DNA from: an archaeon
Lineage (GTDB): Archaea; Micrarchaeota; Micrarchaeia; CAILAH01
Assembly (NCBI GenBank): GCA_024274875.1
Contig: JAJSAH010000020.1
Coordinates: 3,897-67,896, forward strand
Length of the DNA stretch: 64,000 nucleotides
Direction: 5' to 3'
Shown here: piece after piece, positions 45,658 to 54,200 of the stretch
Layout: each line of letters starts with the position of its first letter
Numbering within the stretch: position 1 is the stretch's first letter
The notes under the pieces: model-generated
Databases searched by the model: none
What the model was told of the DNA's origin: nothing
What the model saw: the letters and a program-made list of their open reading frames with translations, nothing else
Made by a program: the position numbers and the translations under genes

Positions 45658-47040
45658 CTATATGAATGTAAGCATGTTTACCACTGATTCATCACCGCCG
45701 AACGCTTCAACAAGCGCTTTCATGCCGCTCAGCACAAACACTATGTTAAAGAACGGCATGAAAAATGCATACGCAAACATATCTGCGCTCATGGCAATTT
45801 GGCTTGCGATGGCTTCTCCAATCTGAATGCCTACCAATCCAGGACCGCTCAAAATCAATGACAATACGGCCGATACGGATGTAAGCACGCTGTACACCAA
45901 GCTTATTATGGTCCATAAGACATCAAATGTCCATACAACTACGCCCAATACAGGAAATATGGATACGCATACAGCAATGCATATGTACCTCAAGAAGCCT
46001 GACGGGCATTGGTCAACAAGCCAATTGAAAAAGTCCCATAAATATACTGGTATGTTAAGCAGGCTGAAAAAATTAACTATATCTGAGGGCAGGCCTGATG
46101 CAGATGACACAGTGCTATCCATGCTTATGCCTAAATTGTTTAATCCTGCATCGCGCAAAAGAATCTCGGAAGATGTGCTCCCTGAAGAATCTATGCCTGT
46201 CAACTGGCCTGATGCGCTAAGCTGCGAATACACCGCTGCCTCAAACACAAGTATCAACTTGAAGAACAAAAACCCGCCTAAAAATATGCCTAATAAAGTG
46301 CTTCCCATCCTCCTCGTAAAAGTGAATGCGCGGAGAAATAACGCAAGGCCTATGAATATGTGAATTGTTTTCTCAAAAAATGCCAGCAGAAGCATCTGCC
46401 CGGTTATAGAGATAATTGCTGTAATAAGTATGGGCATGAACATGCTCGCAAATACCATAACTAAAGAATATGCTGTCTGCGGCGCGTAGTAGAATGAATA
46501 CGTCCAGCTCACAAAAAATGTGTTGTATGCTGCGGGAGACCAACTAATTGCGTTGAGCAATGATGCAAAAGATGTAAACTGCGAAAGGCCAACCAACTGG
46601 TCAACTGATGAATGAATCACTGAAGAAAAAACTTCTTGATATGTTTGATCAGGAGTAAATGAATTTACCAACGCATCGAATACCGGGAAAAATGCAACTA
46701 TCAGAGCAGCATACACCGTGCTCATAAACACTTCCCTAAGCTCTGCTCTGCTCCAAATCTCCAACTCCCTTGAAGAGAATATTGAAGCGCCCATAAACCC
46801 TAACGCAACGATTGCATATGAAATTATCAGCGCAATCGCAATCCCATAATCAAATAGAAAACTTTCCAAACCAGTATCCTGCGGTGGGACCTGAAACTCA
46901 GATCCTTGCACTCCCGCCTGCGGAAATGCTTCGAGCTCTGAGCCCTGGCCTTGCAACGGATGAACCTGAGAATAAGCCGCGCCTGCAATTAAAATGAAAA
47001 AAAGCACCGGCAAGAACAGGCGGTTAGCGCTTGCATCCAT
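45658..47040 (-). CDS. Polytopic membrane protein, paralog 6 of 6 (first gene of operon; signal peptide)
   Basis: IGLALFLRAFTFTRRMGSTLLGIFLGGFLF; start set at MDASANRLFLPVLFFILIAGAAYSQ (ORF-track start 47136 would overlap divergent gene). Confidence 0.55.
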   Translation of the reverse strand: MDASANRLFLPVLFFILIAGAAYSQVHPLQGQGSELEAFPQAGVQGSEFQVPPQDTGLESFLFDYGIAIALIISYAIVALGFMGASIFSSRELEIWSRAELREVFMSTVYAALIVAFFPVFDALVNSFTPDQTYQEVFSSVIHSSVDQLVGLSQFTSFASLLNAISWSPAAYNTFFVSWTYSFYYAPQTAYSLVMVFASMFMPILITAIISITGQMLLLAFFEKTIHIFIGLALFLRAFTFTRRMGSTLLGIFLGGFLFFKLILVFEAAVYSQLSASGQLTGIDSSGSTSSEILLRDAGLNNLGISMDSTVSSASGLPSDIVNFFSLLNIPVYLWDFFNWLVDQCPSGFLRYICIAVCVSIFPVLGVVVWTFDVLWTIISLVYSVLTSVSAVLSLILSGPGLVGIQIGEAIASQIAMSADMFAYAFFMPFFNIVFVLSGMKALVEAFGGDESVVNMLTFI

Positions 47041-47098
47041 AACTTGAATTCGCTGATTAAATATATAAATATGATATGAAATATAGCTTTGACATAAC
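47041..47098. promoter_or_regulatory. Divergent promoter region with shared TATA element
   Basis: ttaaatatataaatat centred about 30 bp from both the 47040(-) and 47099(+) starts. Confidence 0.4.
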
Positions 47099-50000
47099 AT
47101 GAGCATGAAAGCTTTGCACAGCAGTTTGCTAGCCATATTTGTAATTTCGTTGTTAGCGCTTAACCTAATCCATGCTAGCGCAGGATGTCTTATTCAAAAA
47201 ATCCCCACAGCGCTTGAGTTAAAAGAATCATACGATCCAGACACAAACAAGCTAATACTTTATGCTAAGTTGACATACATAGACCCAAATACTGGATTGG
47301 GCAAACCGCTCGAACAAAAAAAACTTAAATTCTACGTGAATTACACCACATCGCAAGGCAGTGAAAAAACTGATTCTTCAGTTTTATTTACTGACAGCAA
47401 AGGGAAGGCATCTGCGTTATTCGTTCTAAGCAATGCAGCAGAGCATAATTCAGCGGTTGTCTTTGAAGGCGATGATCTGTTTGGGAAAAGCATAGGCACA
47501 TTAAGCGGTGCGAAGGGCGCGCCGCAATCGTTTGAAACAAATCTTCCTGAAGGCATAAACATTACTACATGCATGCCGCTGCTTCTGCTGTTGGGATTTC
47601 TCGGTGCAGCGATGTATGCATCTGGAATGAATCCGTTTGGAGCTATTGATTTTACCGCGCCGCGCGGATTTACGATGCAGCGCAGGCTAAGGAAAGCATA
47701 CCAAGCAGGGTGGTTCTCAAGCATCGCAAGAGCTGTAGGGGGAACGCTGAGCGCAGTCGGCAGGTCAATGGTTAAAGGAAAAGGGGTTAAGGAAGAGGCG
47801 ATGAAAGAAGGAGAGAATGCAAACGAACAGAAGACCAAAGAGAAACTGCCTGTTAAGGGTAAGGGCAAGGGCAAATTGCCTACAAAAAGCAAAGGCGTGC
47901 GCATGGCCAGCAAGCAAGCGAAAAAAGCAATGGCCGCAAAAAAGCCTGTTGCAAAACCTAAAAAAATGGAAAAACCTCTGGGAGCGAAAGCAACGCTTGG
48001 AAAAGCCGCTCCAAAAGATGTTAGTTTAGAACAGCCAAAGACAGCTATCGCGCTCACCGCAACAGCAGGTTATGGGTTGATGCTCGACTTTTTAGGATGC
48101 ATTGCATCCGCCATGGGCGGCAATGTATGGGCTGCTAGTGGAATGAAGCTCAAAAAGCTCGATTTCATTAAAGATGGAAATAAGTACAAAGGTTATGTTA
48201 TACTCACGAACGCAACAACTCAAATCGTCAAAAAAGCTCTCTTTGAAGCTGCAAAAGAGCTATGGGCTAATAATTCATCTGTGCGCGAGGTAGGAAGCGC
48301 TTTGGCAAATGCAGTGCGTCAACTATCAGTGAATGCAGAGATTGGAAAAGACCTTGCAAAACGATTGGAAGAAGCAGTAGACTCGTTAAAAAACAAAGAA
48401 AAAAAGCTTAAAAAATCCATCAAATCGCTAAAAAAAGAAATAGAAAAAATCGAAGATAAGATGGATGTTGTGGGACCTGAAGAAAGAAAGTCACTCGCAA
48501 AGAAGCTTAATGAGAAAAACATTGAGCTGGACCTTGCTAAAGAACATCTCAGCGATGTTAAAGAAAGGATTACTGCTATTGAGGGAAAGATAAAAGCAAC
48601 TGAATCAATCATTGGAATGCCTACAAGGCTTGAGCAGATTGCGGAAGGCGCAAAACAGGTGAGCGAGATTGAAGAATCGCTTGCTGAAGTGCGTGAATCA
48701 GCGAAAAAAATATTTGAAGAGTTTGGCAGGGAGATGGGCGTAAGAAGGTATGACCAAATAAAAGTGAATAATCTCGAAGAATTCGCAAAACAATTAGAAA
48801 AGAAAGGCGATACTGAGAGGGCTGCACAGCTTCGAAACATGCTTGATGAATTCAAATCGAGCATGATTGATGCAGCGAACGCGCTAAGCAATGCGAGCAT
48901 GTTTGTGGGAAGTTCAAACGCAATGATACATAAAGGAAGCAAATTGTTGGGCGAATCTAGATTCCTTGCGGATGTTGATTCAAAAACTGTGCTGCAAGCA
49001 AAGTTGGGGGATATGGCAAGAAACCTGGATAATGCCATTGTTGGTTTCAACACGGTCAAAACCATGATTGATAATGGAATTCCAGTGAATTACAACATAG
49101 CTGTGAACTGCATAGATGATTTGACTGCTACGCTCGCAGCGCAGGGCATCAAATCAAAAAAGCTTGATGAACTGAGAATTAAAATGCATGAGTTAATTAA
49201 AAACCCTGAAACTGCCAGCGAAACCTTGAAAAGCATGCTCTCAATCGCGGATACGGATGTTTTACAAAATATTCGCAAGCACACCGAAAAATATGGCGTG
49301 CAGATAAAAACGCGCGGAGAGTTTGATAAGTTTATAACTAATATGAATGAGAAAGTGCAAAAAGCCGAAAAACCCGTGCAGGAAAAATTAGCTGAACCTG
49401 TTAAAAATCTTAAAGAATCCTATGATGCGCTGATTTCGTTCAGGGAACAGATGAAAGAGAATAAAGAGGTTGATTATCAGAAGCTAAACGAGCAAATCAA
49501 TAAAGCTAAAGAGTCGATTAACGCGCTTGGAATCAAACCCCCTGAAGCGCTTGACAAAATTAAGGAGAAAATTAAAGAACAGCCTGAATATGCAGATGAC
49601 AAATCTATCGGCAATATAATTGCAACAATAGATGTAGAAATTCTTCCTGAAGTAAAGAAACTGGCTGAGGAGAATAATCTTGAAGTAACCACAGAAAGCA
49701 GGTTTGATGAATATGTAAAAAATCTGAAGAAAGAATCAACGAAAGCGTGGGAGAAGAAAGACAAATATGTAAAAGAATACATGGCGGAGAAAGCAAAGAG
49801 CATGGCAAAAACTGAAAAAGAAAAAAAGATGGCTTCTAAATCTCCTGAGGCGGTGGTGCTGCGTCCAGTTGAACAGCCAATACCAAAAAACATAAAACTT
49901 GAAACCCCGCATTACGATGAAATTGTTAAGGAATTAAATAGAAGAAGTTACGAAAAGCTTGACAGATCGATAGAAGAAAGGAATAAACAGATTAACGACT

Positions 50001-50227
50001 TCTTGGAAATAGTTCCTGAAGAAAAACGGGATGCGATGGAGAAAGAACTATTTAATGAAAGACCGTTAATGCAAATGGATTTTGGAACGCTTGGCCCTCA
50101 AAAAGTTTTAGATATAGCTGAGGAAGAGGGGATAAGCAAAAGCGTGATAAAAGATGCAAAAAGAGAGATCGAGGGAATTAATCTTTTAAGAGAGGCATTG
50201 GGCCTTCAAAATGAATCTTCTGAATAA
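47099..50227 (+). CDS. Lys/Glu-rich coiled-coil membrane protein (1042 aa), divergent partner of the membrane operon
   Basis: Signal peptide ALHSSLLAIFVISLLALNLIHASAGC, TM ITTCMPLLLLLGFLGAAMYASG, AKK/PKK-rich linker, then about 700 aa heptad-like K/E-rich sequence. Confidence 0.6.
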   Translation: MSMKALHSSLLAIFVISLLALNLIHASAGCLIQKIPTALELKESYDPDTNKLILYAKLTYIDPNTGLGKPLEQKKLKFYVNYTTSQGSEKTDSSVLFTDSKGKASALFVLSNAAEHNSAVVFEGDDLFGKSIGTLSGAKGAPQSFETNLPEGINITTCMPLLLLLGFLGAAMYASGMNPFGAIDFTAPRGFTMQRRLRKAYQAGWFSSIARAVGGTLSAVGRSMVKGKGVKEEAMKEGENANEQKTKEKLPVKGKGKGKLPTKSKGVRMASKQAKKAMAAKKPVAKPKKMEKPLGAKATLGKAAPKDVSLEQPKTAIALTATAGYGLMLDFLGCIASAMGGNVWAASGMKLKKLDFIKDGNKYKGYVILTNATTQIVKKALFEAAKELWANNSSVREVGSALANAVRQLSVNAEIGKDLAKRLEEAVDSLKNKEKKLKKSIKSLKKEIEKIEDKMDVVGPEERKSLAKKLNEKNIELDLAKEHLSDVKERITAIEGKIKATESIIGMPTRLEQIAEGAKQVSEIEESLAEVRESAKKIFEEFGREMGVRRYDQIKVNNLEEFAKQLEKKGDTERAAQLRNMLDEFKSSMIDAANALSNASMFVGSSNAMIHKGSKLLGESRFLADVDSKTVLQAKLGDMARNLDNAIVGFNTVKTMIDNGIPVNYNIAVNCIDDLTATLAAQGIKSKKLDELRIKMHELIKNPETASETLKSMLSIADTDVLQNIRKHTEKYGVQIKTRGEFDKFITNMNEKVQKAEKPVQEKLAEPVKNLKESYDALISFREQMKENKEVDYQKLNEQINKAKESINALGIKPPEALDKIKEKIKEQPEYADDKSIGNIIATIDVEILPEVKKLAEENNLEVTTESRFDEYVKNLKKESTKAWEKKDKYVKEYMAEKAKSMAKTEKEKKMASKSPEAVVLRPVEQPIPKNIKLETPHYDEIVKELNRRSYEKLDRSIEERNKQINDFLEIVPEEKRDAMEKELFNERPLMQMDFGTLGPQKVLDIAEEEGISKSVIKDAKREIEGINLLREALGLQNESSE

Positions 50228-50595
50228 AAGGAATCTACTCGGTTGTCAATGTGCGCGCGGTCTTTCCCGTACACATGAGGCAGCAGGGCGCCGCTGAATG
50301 TCTTAGGTATGTGGAGGAGCTCGTGCAAAATCGTCTTCTCCTTCTCAATGCTGCTTAGCTTATCAAAATGTTCATGCAACACTTCTAAAACATAAAATGC
50401 ATCAATATCAAGAGCAATTTTCCAAACCTGCGGCATGCTCCATATCCTAGCATAAGCGTTAGCTTTGCTGCCATAAGACCGCACGCAAAGAATCCTGTAT
50501 GAATTTATATGCGTTAATTTATCCCTAAATTTCTCGCTAACATTGATAACGATTGCATCAACATCAGGAGCTTTCTCATATCGCATCCTAACCAT
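50206..50595 (-). CDS. Small HExxH-motif putative zinc metallopeptidase
   Basis: ILHELLHIP; 129 aa; 3' end overlaps 47099..50227 by 22 nt (convergent). Confidence 0.45.
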   Translation of the reverse strand: MVRMRYEKAPDVDAIVINVSEKFRDKLTHINSYRILCVRSYGSKANAYARIWSMPQVWKIALDIDAFYVLEVLHEHFDKLSSIEKEKTILHELLHIPKTFSGALLPHVYGKDRAHIDNRVDSFYSEDSF

Positions 50596-50622
50596 ATAAT
50601 ACTTTTCACCATAAACAATTTT

Positions 50623-51147
50623 ATGGGTATCACAATTCTAAGACTCGGGCATCGCATAATCAGGGATCAAAGAATCACGACGCATGTTGCGCTAACAGCA
50701 AGAGCTTTTGGAGCGGACAGAGTAATAATTAGCGGTGAAAAGGATGATGGGGTTGTGCATAGCGTTGCAGGAGTTTGCGAAGAATTTGGGGGAGATTTTG
50801 CCATTGAATACGCAAAAGACTGGAGAGCAATCATCAAGGAGTGGAAAGGTTTGGTTGTTCATCTAACTATGTATGGAATGCAATTTAACGAAGTTATTCA
50901 AGAAATTCGAGCCCATGAAAAGCATGGCGAAATTCTTGCGGTTGTGGGGGGCTCCAAAGTGCCGCCAGAAGTGTATGATTGGGCGGATTATAATGTTGCA
51001 ATCGGCAATCAACCGCACTCTGAAGTTGCCGCAGTTGCAGTGTTCTTAAGGGAGATCATCGATGAAGAAGAGGTTGAGCGTAAGTTCAAGGACGCAAAAA
51101 AGACAATCGTGCCATCTCCAAAGGGAAAAAAAGTAGTGGAACATTAA
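50623..51147 (+). CDS. trm56: tRNA (cytidine56-2'-O)-methyltransferase aTrm56 (SPOUT)
   Basis: ILRLGHRIIRDQRITTHVALTARAFGADRV typical aTrm56 N-terminus. Confidence 0.85.
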   Translation: MGITILRLGHRIIRDQRITTHVALTARAFGADRVIISGEKDDGVVHSVAGVCEEFGGDFAIEYAKDWRAIIKEWKGLVVHLTMYGMQFNEVIQEIRAHEKHGEILAVVGGSKVPPEVYDWADYNVAIGNQPHSEVAAVAVFLREIIDEEEVERKFKDAKKTIVPSPKGKKVVEH

Positions 51148-51176
51148 ATATTAAGTTTTAGTGCGTAATTTATGCA

Positions 51177-51476
51177 ATGGATAAGCAAACAGTAATAAAT
51201 GCGCTTAAAGAAGTAATCGATCCTGAAATAGGAGTGAACATAGTCGATTTAGGGCTCATATATGATGTAAGCGTAGAAGGAAACGATGTTAGAATTAAGA
51301 TGACGCTGACTACGCCTATGTGCCCTCTGGGCCCGATGATCGTTGATAATGTGAGGAAACGCGTTGAAAAAATTGATGGAATCGGCGATGTGGATGTGCA
51401 GGTTGTGTTCGAGCCTGCATGGTCTGCGGACCGGATTGACCCAAAAGTGAGGGAAAAACTTGGGTTTGAGGTGTGA
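51177..51476 (+). CDS. DUF59/MIP18-family Fe-S cluster assembly protein
   Basis: EVIDPEIGVNIVDLGLIYDV...TLTTPMCPL. Confidence 0.85.
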   Translation: MDKQTVINALKEVIDPEIGVNIVDLGLIYDVSVEGNDVRIKMTLTTPMCPLGPMIVDNVRKRVEKIDGIGDVDVQVVFEPAWSADRIDPKVREKLGFEV

Positions 51477-52216
51477 TTATGGTTGTTGAACTTGCATGGA
51501 AAACATTTAAGAACAATTTAGGGTTGCTGCTCGTATTTTCTGTATCATTCTTGCTTGGGTTTTTGATGCCCATCGTTGCGAGCACTCCAACTTACAACGC
51601 AATAGGTGGCGTGTTCTTAAGGTTTATGAGCCTGCCGGAAATGACTGCTCTTGATGCAGTTTTCATAGCAGTTGCATTCCTTGTGTCAAATTACTTCATA
51701 TCATTTGGAATAGTGGCGGCAAACCTCATTGTGAAAAAAGAGCGCATGATGATTAATCTAACGAGAGAAGCGCTGAACAGCATATCAAAATACACTGCAG
51801 TTGTGTTCATGGTGTTTGTGTTTTTATTCATGATTAATGCAGCAGTGCAAGTAGCGCTTGCCGAACTGCAGGCGCCTTATTGGATTTCAGCAATCATATT
51901 CATCCTTATATACCTGCCCTCGTTTTACATAGGTCCAGCAATCGTTATAGATGAGCTTAAGCCGTTCCATGCGCTCAAGGTCAGCGCAAAACACATAAAG
52001 ATGCGTCCTATGAGAGTTGTTAAATGGGTTATTGCTGGATTGGCAATGCTGTTCATCACAACTTATGTAAGTTATCTAATCGCGCCGGCATATTTCCAGT
52101 GGATTACTATTTTAATAAATTCGTTCTTAATCATACCGTTCCTTTTAGTATACCAATCGCACTGCTACCTGGAAAAGTACGGTATACTAAAGAAGAAAGC
52201 AAGACGAAAGAGGTGA
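51473..52216 (+). CDS. Integral membrane hypothetical protein (about 6 TM)
   Basis: hydropathy only; overlaps DUF59 stop by 4 nt. Confidence 0.45.
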   Translation: MIMVVELAWKTFKNNLGLLLVFSVSFLLGFLMPIVASTPTYNAIGGVFLRFMSLPEMTALDAVFIAVAFLVSNYFISFGIVAANLIVKKERMMINLTREALNSISKYTAVVFMVFVFLFMINAAVQVALAELQAPYWISAIIFILIYLPSFYIGPAIVIDELKPFHALKVSAKHIKMRPMRVVKWVIAGLAMLFITTYVSYLIAPAYFQWITILINSFLIIPFLLVYQSHCYLEKYGILKKKARRKR

Positions 52217-52220
52217 GCAA

Positions 52221-52967
52221 ATGTTTAAGATTGATCTGGATGATGTAAAGGATTTTAGGAGCGCTATGGAAGCGCTGGGCAATTTAATAGATGAAGGCGA
52301 GTTCTCAATAACTAAAAAGGGTATGGGCTTGCATGCGCTTGACCCATCGCAGATTGCGATGGTGATATTCAACATGCCCGACTCAGCATTCTCAAATTAT
52401 GAAGCTGACAGCGAGCAAAAAGTTGGAGTGAAGCTCGATAATTTCAACAAAATACTCTCCAGAGGCAAAGGTAGCCGCATGAGCTTATACGACATGGATA
52501 ACAAGCTTGTTGTTGAGTTTAAAGGCGAGAAAAGCAAAAAAAGCTTCAAAATACCTATTATTGAGATAGGGCCAGGCGTTGAAAGAGAACCTAAGGTTGA
52601 GCATGATGTTAATATTGCTATGAGAGCAAGCGCTTTGAAGGATGCTGTCAGAGATGTATCGCTCGTAAGTTCGCATATCACATTGGAAGCAAAAGGGAAA
52701 ACATTAAAAATCAGCGCAAGCGGTGATGATGCAGAAGCAGAGGTAGAGTTTGAGCAGGGCGAGGACAGCGGAATCAAAGAGATGGAGGTTAAGAATGCTG
52801 CAAGAGCAACATTTCCTGTGCAGTATTTGGATGATATGATTAAAGGCGCAGAGGACAGCAGCGATATAAAAATCGCGCTGAGAACAAACGCGCCCATCAA
52901 AATAAGCTATTCGCTCGGAAATGCAGAATTCACTTATTATTTGGCGCCTAGGATCGACCTGGAATAG
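52221..52967 (+). CDS. pcn: DNA polymerase sliding clamp PCNA
   Basis: 248 aa; two-domain PCNA pattern, start MFKIDLDDVKDFRSAMEALGNLIDEGEF. Confidence 0.9.
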   Translation: MFKIDLDDVKDFRSAMEALGNLIDEGEFSITKKGMGLHALDPSQIAMVIFNMPDSAFSNYEADSEQKVGVKLDNFNKILSRGKGSRMSLYDMDNKLVVEFKGEKSKKSFKIPIIEIGPGVEREPKVEHDVNIAMRASALKDAVRDVSLVSSHITLEAKGKTLKISASGDDAEAEVEFEQGEDSGIKEMEVKNAARATFPVQYLDDMIKGAEDSSDIKIALRTNAPIKISYSLGNAEFTYYLAPRIDLE

Positions 52968-52984
52968 ATGCAGAAAACAGAAAA

Positions 52985-54187
52985 TTAAAATTGGTGCTGC
53001 AAAGCAGCAGCAAGCCTCCGTATGCTTGCGCGGTATGCAGCCTCTCTATAACTTATTTTATCGGTTTTTTCAGATAATACCCTTGAGAATGCGCGGTCCA
53101 TAACTACTTTAAGCTTATCTACCACTGCATCATAATCGTATACATTGCCTTCCCTGTTCTGCACCCATTCTAAATAACTTGCAGATACGCCGCCGCAATT
53201 CACAAGAATGTCAGGAAGCACCTCAACACCATTCTCTGCAAGTATTTGGTCTGCTTCGGGGGTTATTGGATTATTGGCTGCTTCAAACACATACTTAGCT
53301 TTAATCTTATCTGCATTATCCCTCCTAATCTGATTATCTAATGCTGCAGGCACGAGCGTATCGCAATCTAACTCAAGCAGTCGCTCATTGCTTACTTTAT
53401 CGCCTTTTTCAAACTCTTGCACAGGTTTGCGCGAACGCTTAAACTCGATAAGCGCAGGGATGTCCAATCCATCTGAATTATAAATTCCGCCTTTGGAATC
53501 GCTCACTGCAACAACTTTGTATCCATTCTCATGCAGTATGCGCGCAAGATTCATACCTACATTGCCAAAACCTTGTATTGCAATGCCAGCTTTCTTTGAA
53601 ATGTTATGCCGTTTAAACACGCTCATCATTATGAAATAAGCGCCTCTGCCCGTTGCTTCGCCCCTTCCTTTAAGACCGTTAAAGTCCACAGGCTTGCCAG
53701 TAAAAGAAGCAAACTCTTTCCTGCCAGCCAAACTATTGTATTCATCAACCATCCAAGCCATAACCTCTGCATTAGTGTTCACATCTGGGGCCGGAATATC
53801 AACATCTGGCCCTATGAATTTGAATAGGTTGCGGACATATGATTTAGATACGCGTTCAATTTCAGTTTTGCTGAATTGTTTAGGATTGAATTGCACGCCG
53901 CCTTTTCCGCCACCGTAAGGCAAACCTGCAAGCGAGTTCTTGAATGTCATTAACTTTGATAGTAAAACTACCTCATCTCTGTCAACATTCTCATGAAACC
54001 TTATGCCTCCCTTGCAAGGCCCAAGAGCCGAATTATACTGAGACCTAAACCCTTTAAGAAATATTACATCACCATCATCCTTCCTCAATGGAAACGTGAA
54101 CTCAATCACGCGTTCAGGATGCTCCAAACGCTCAGCGTATTTTTTATCCACGCCAAGCGCATCAACAGATTCTTGTATTAAATCCAT
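52985..54187 (-). CDS. gdhA: Glutamate dehydrogenase
   Basis: GGGKGG(V) Lys active-site box, GFGNVG Rossmann; start at internal Met to clear aglB. Confidence 0.9.
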   Translation of the reverse strand: MDLIQESVDALGVDKKYAERLEHPERVIEFTFPLRKDDGDVIFLKGFRSQYNSALGPCKGGIRFHENVDRDEVVLLSKLMTFKNSLAGLPYGGGKGGVQFNPKQFSKTEIERVSKSYVRNLFKFIGPDVDIPAPDVNTNAEVMAWMVDEYNSLAGRKEFASFTGKPVDFNGLKGRGEATGRGAYFIMMSVFKRHNISKKAGIAIQGFGNVGMNLARILHENGYKVVAVSDSKGGIYNSDGLDIPALIEFKRSRKPVQEFEKGDKVSNERLLELDCDTLVPAALDNQIRRDNADKIKAKYVFEAANNPITPEADQILAENGVEVLPDILVNCGGVSASYLEWVQNREGNVYDYDAVVDKLKVVMDRAFSRVLSEKTDKISYREAAYRASIRRLAAALQHQF

Positions 54188-54200
54188 GCAAACCACGCTC

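Noticed and set aside
40072-47040. Six membrane paralogs as VirB6/TrbL (type IV secretion/conjugation) homologs
   Set aside because: No VirB4/VirD4/relaxase or pilin genes anywhere in the window, and the conserved motif does not match anything I recognise as TrbL. Kept only as an architectural analogy.
47099-47136. ORF-track start of paralog 6 at 47136 (MASKLL...) overlapping the divergent gene
   Set aside because: It would create a 38-bp head-to-head coding overlap and remove the shared TATA. The internal Met at 47040 gives a clean signal peptide and promoter spacing.
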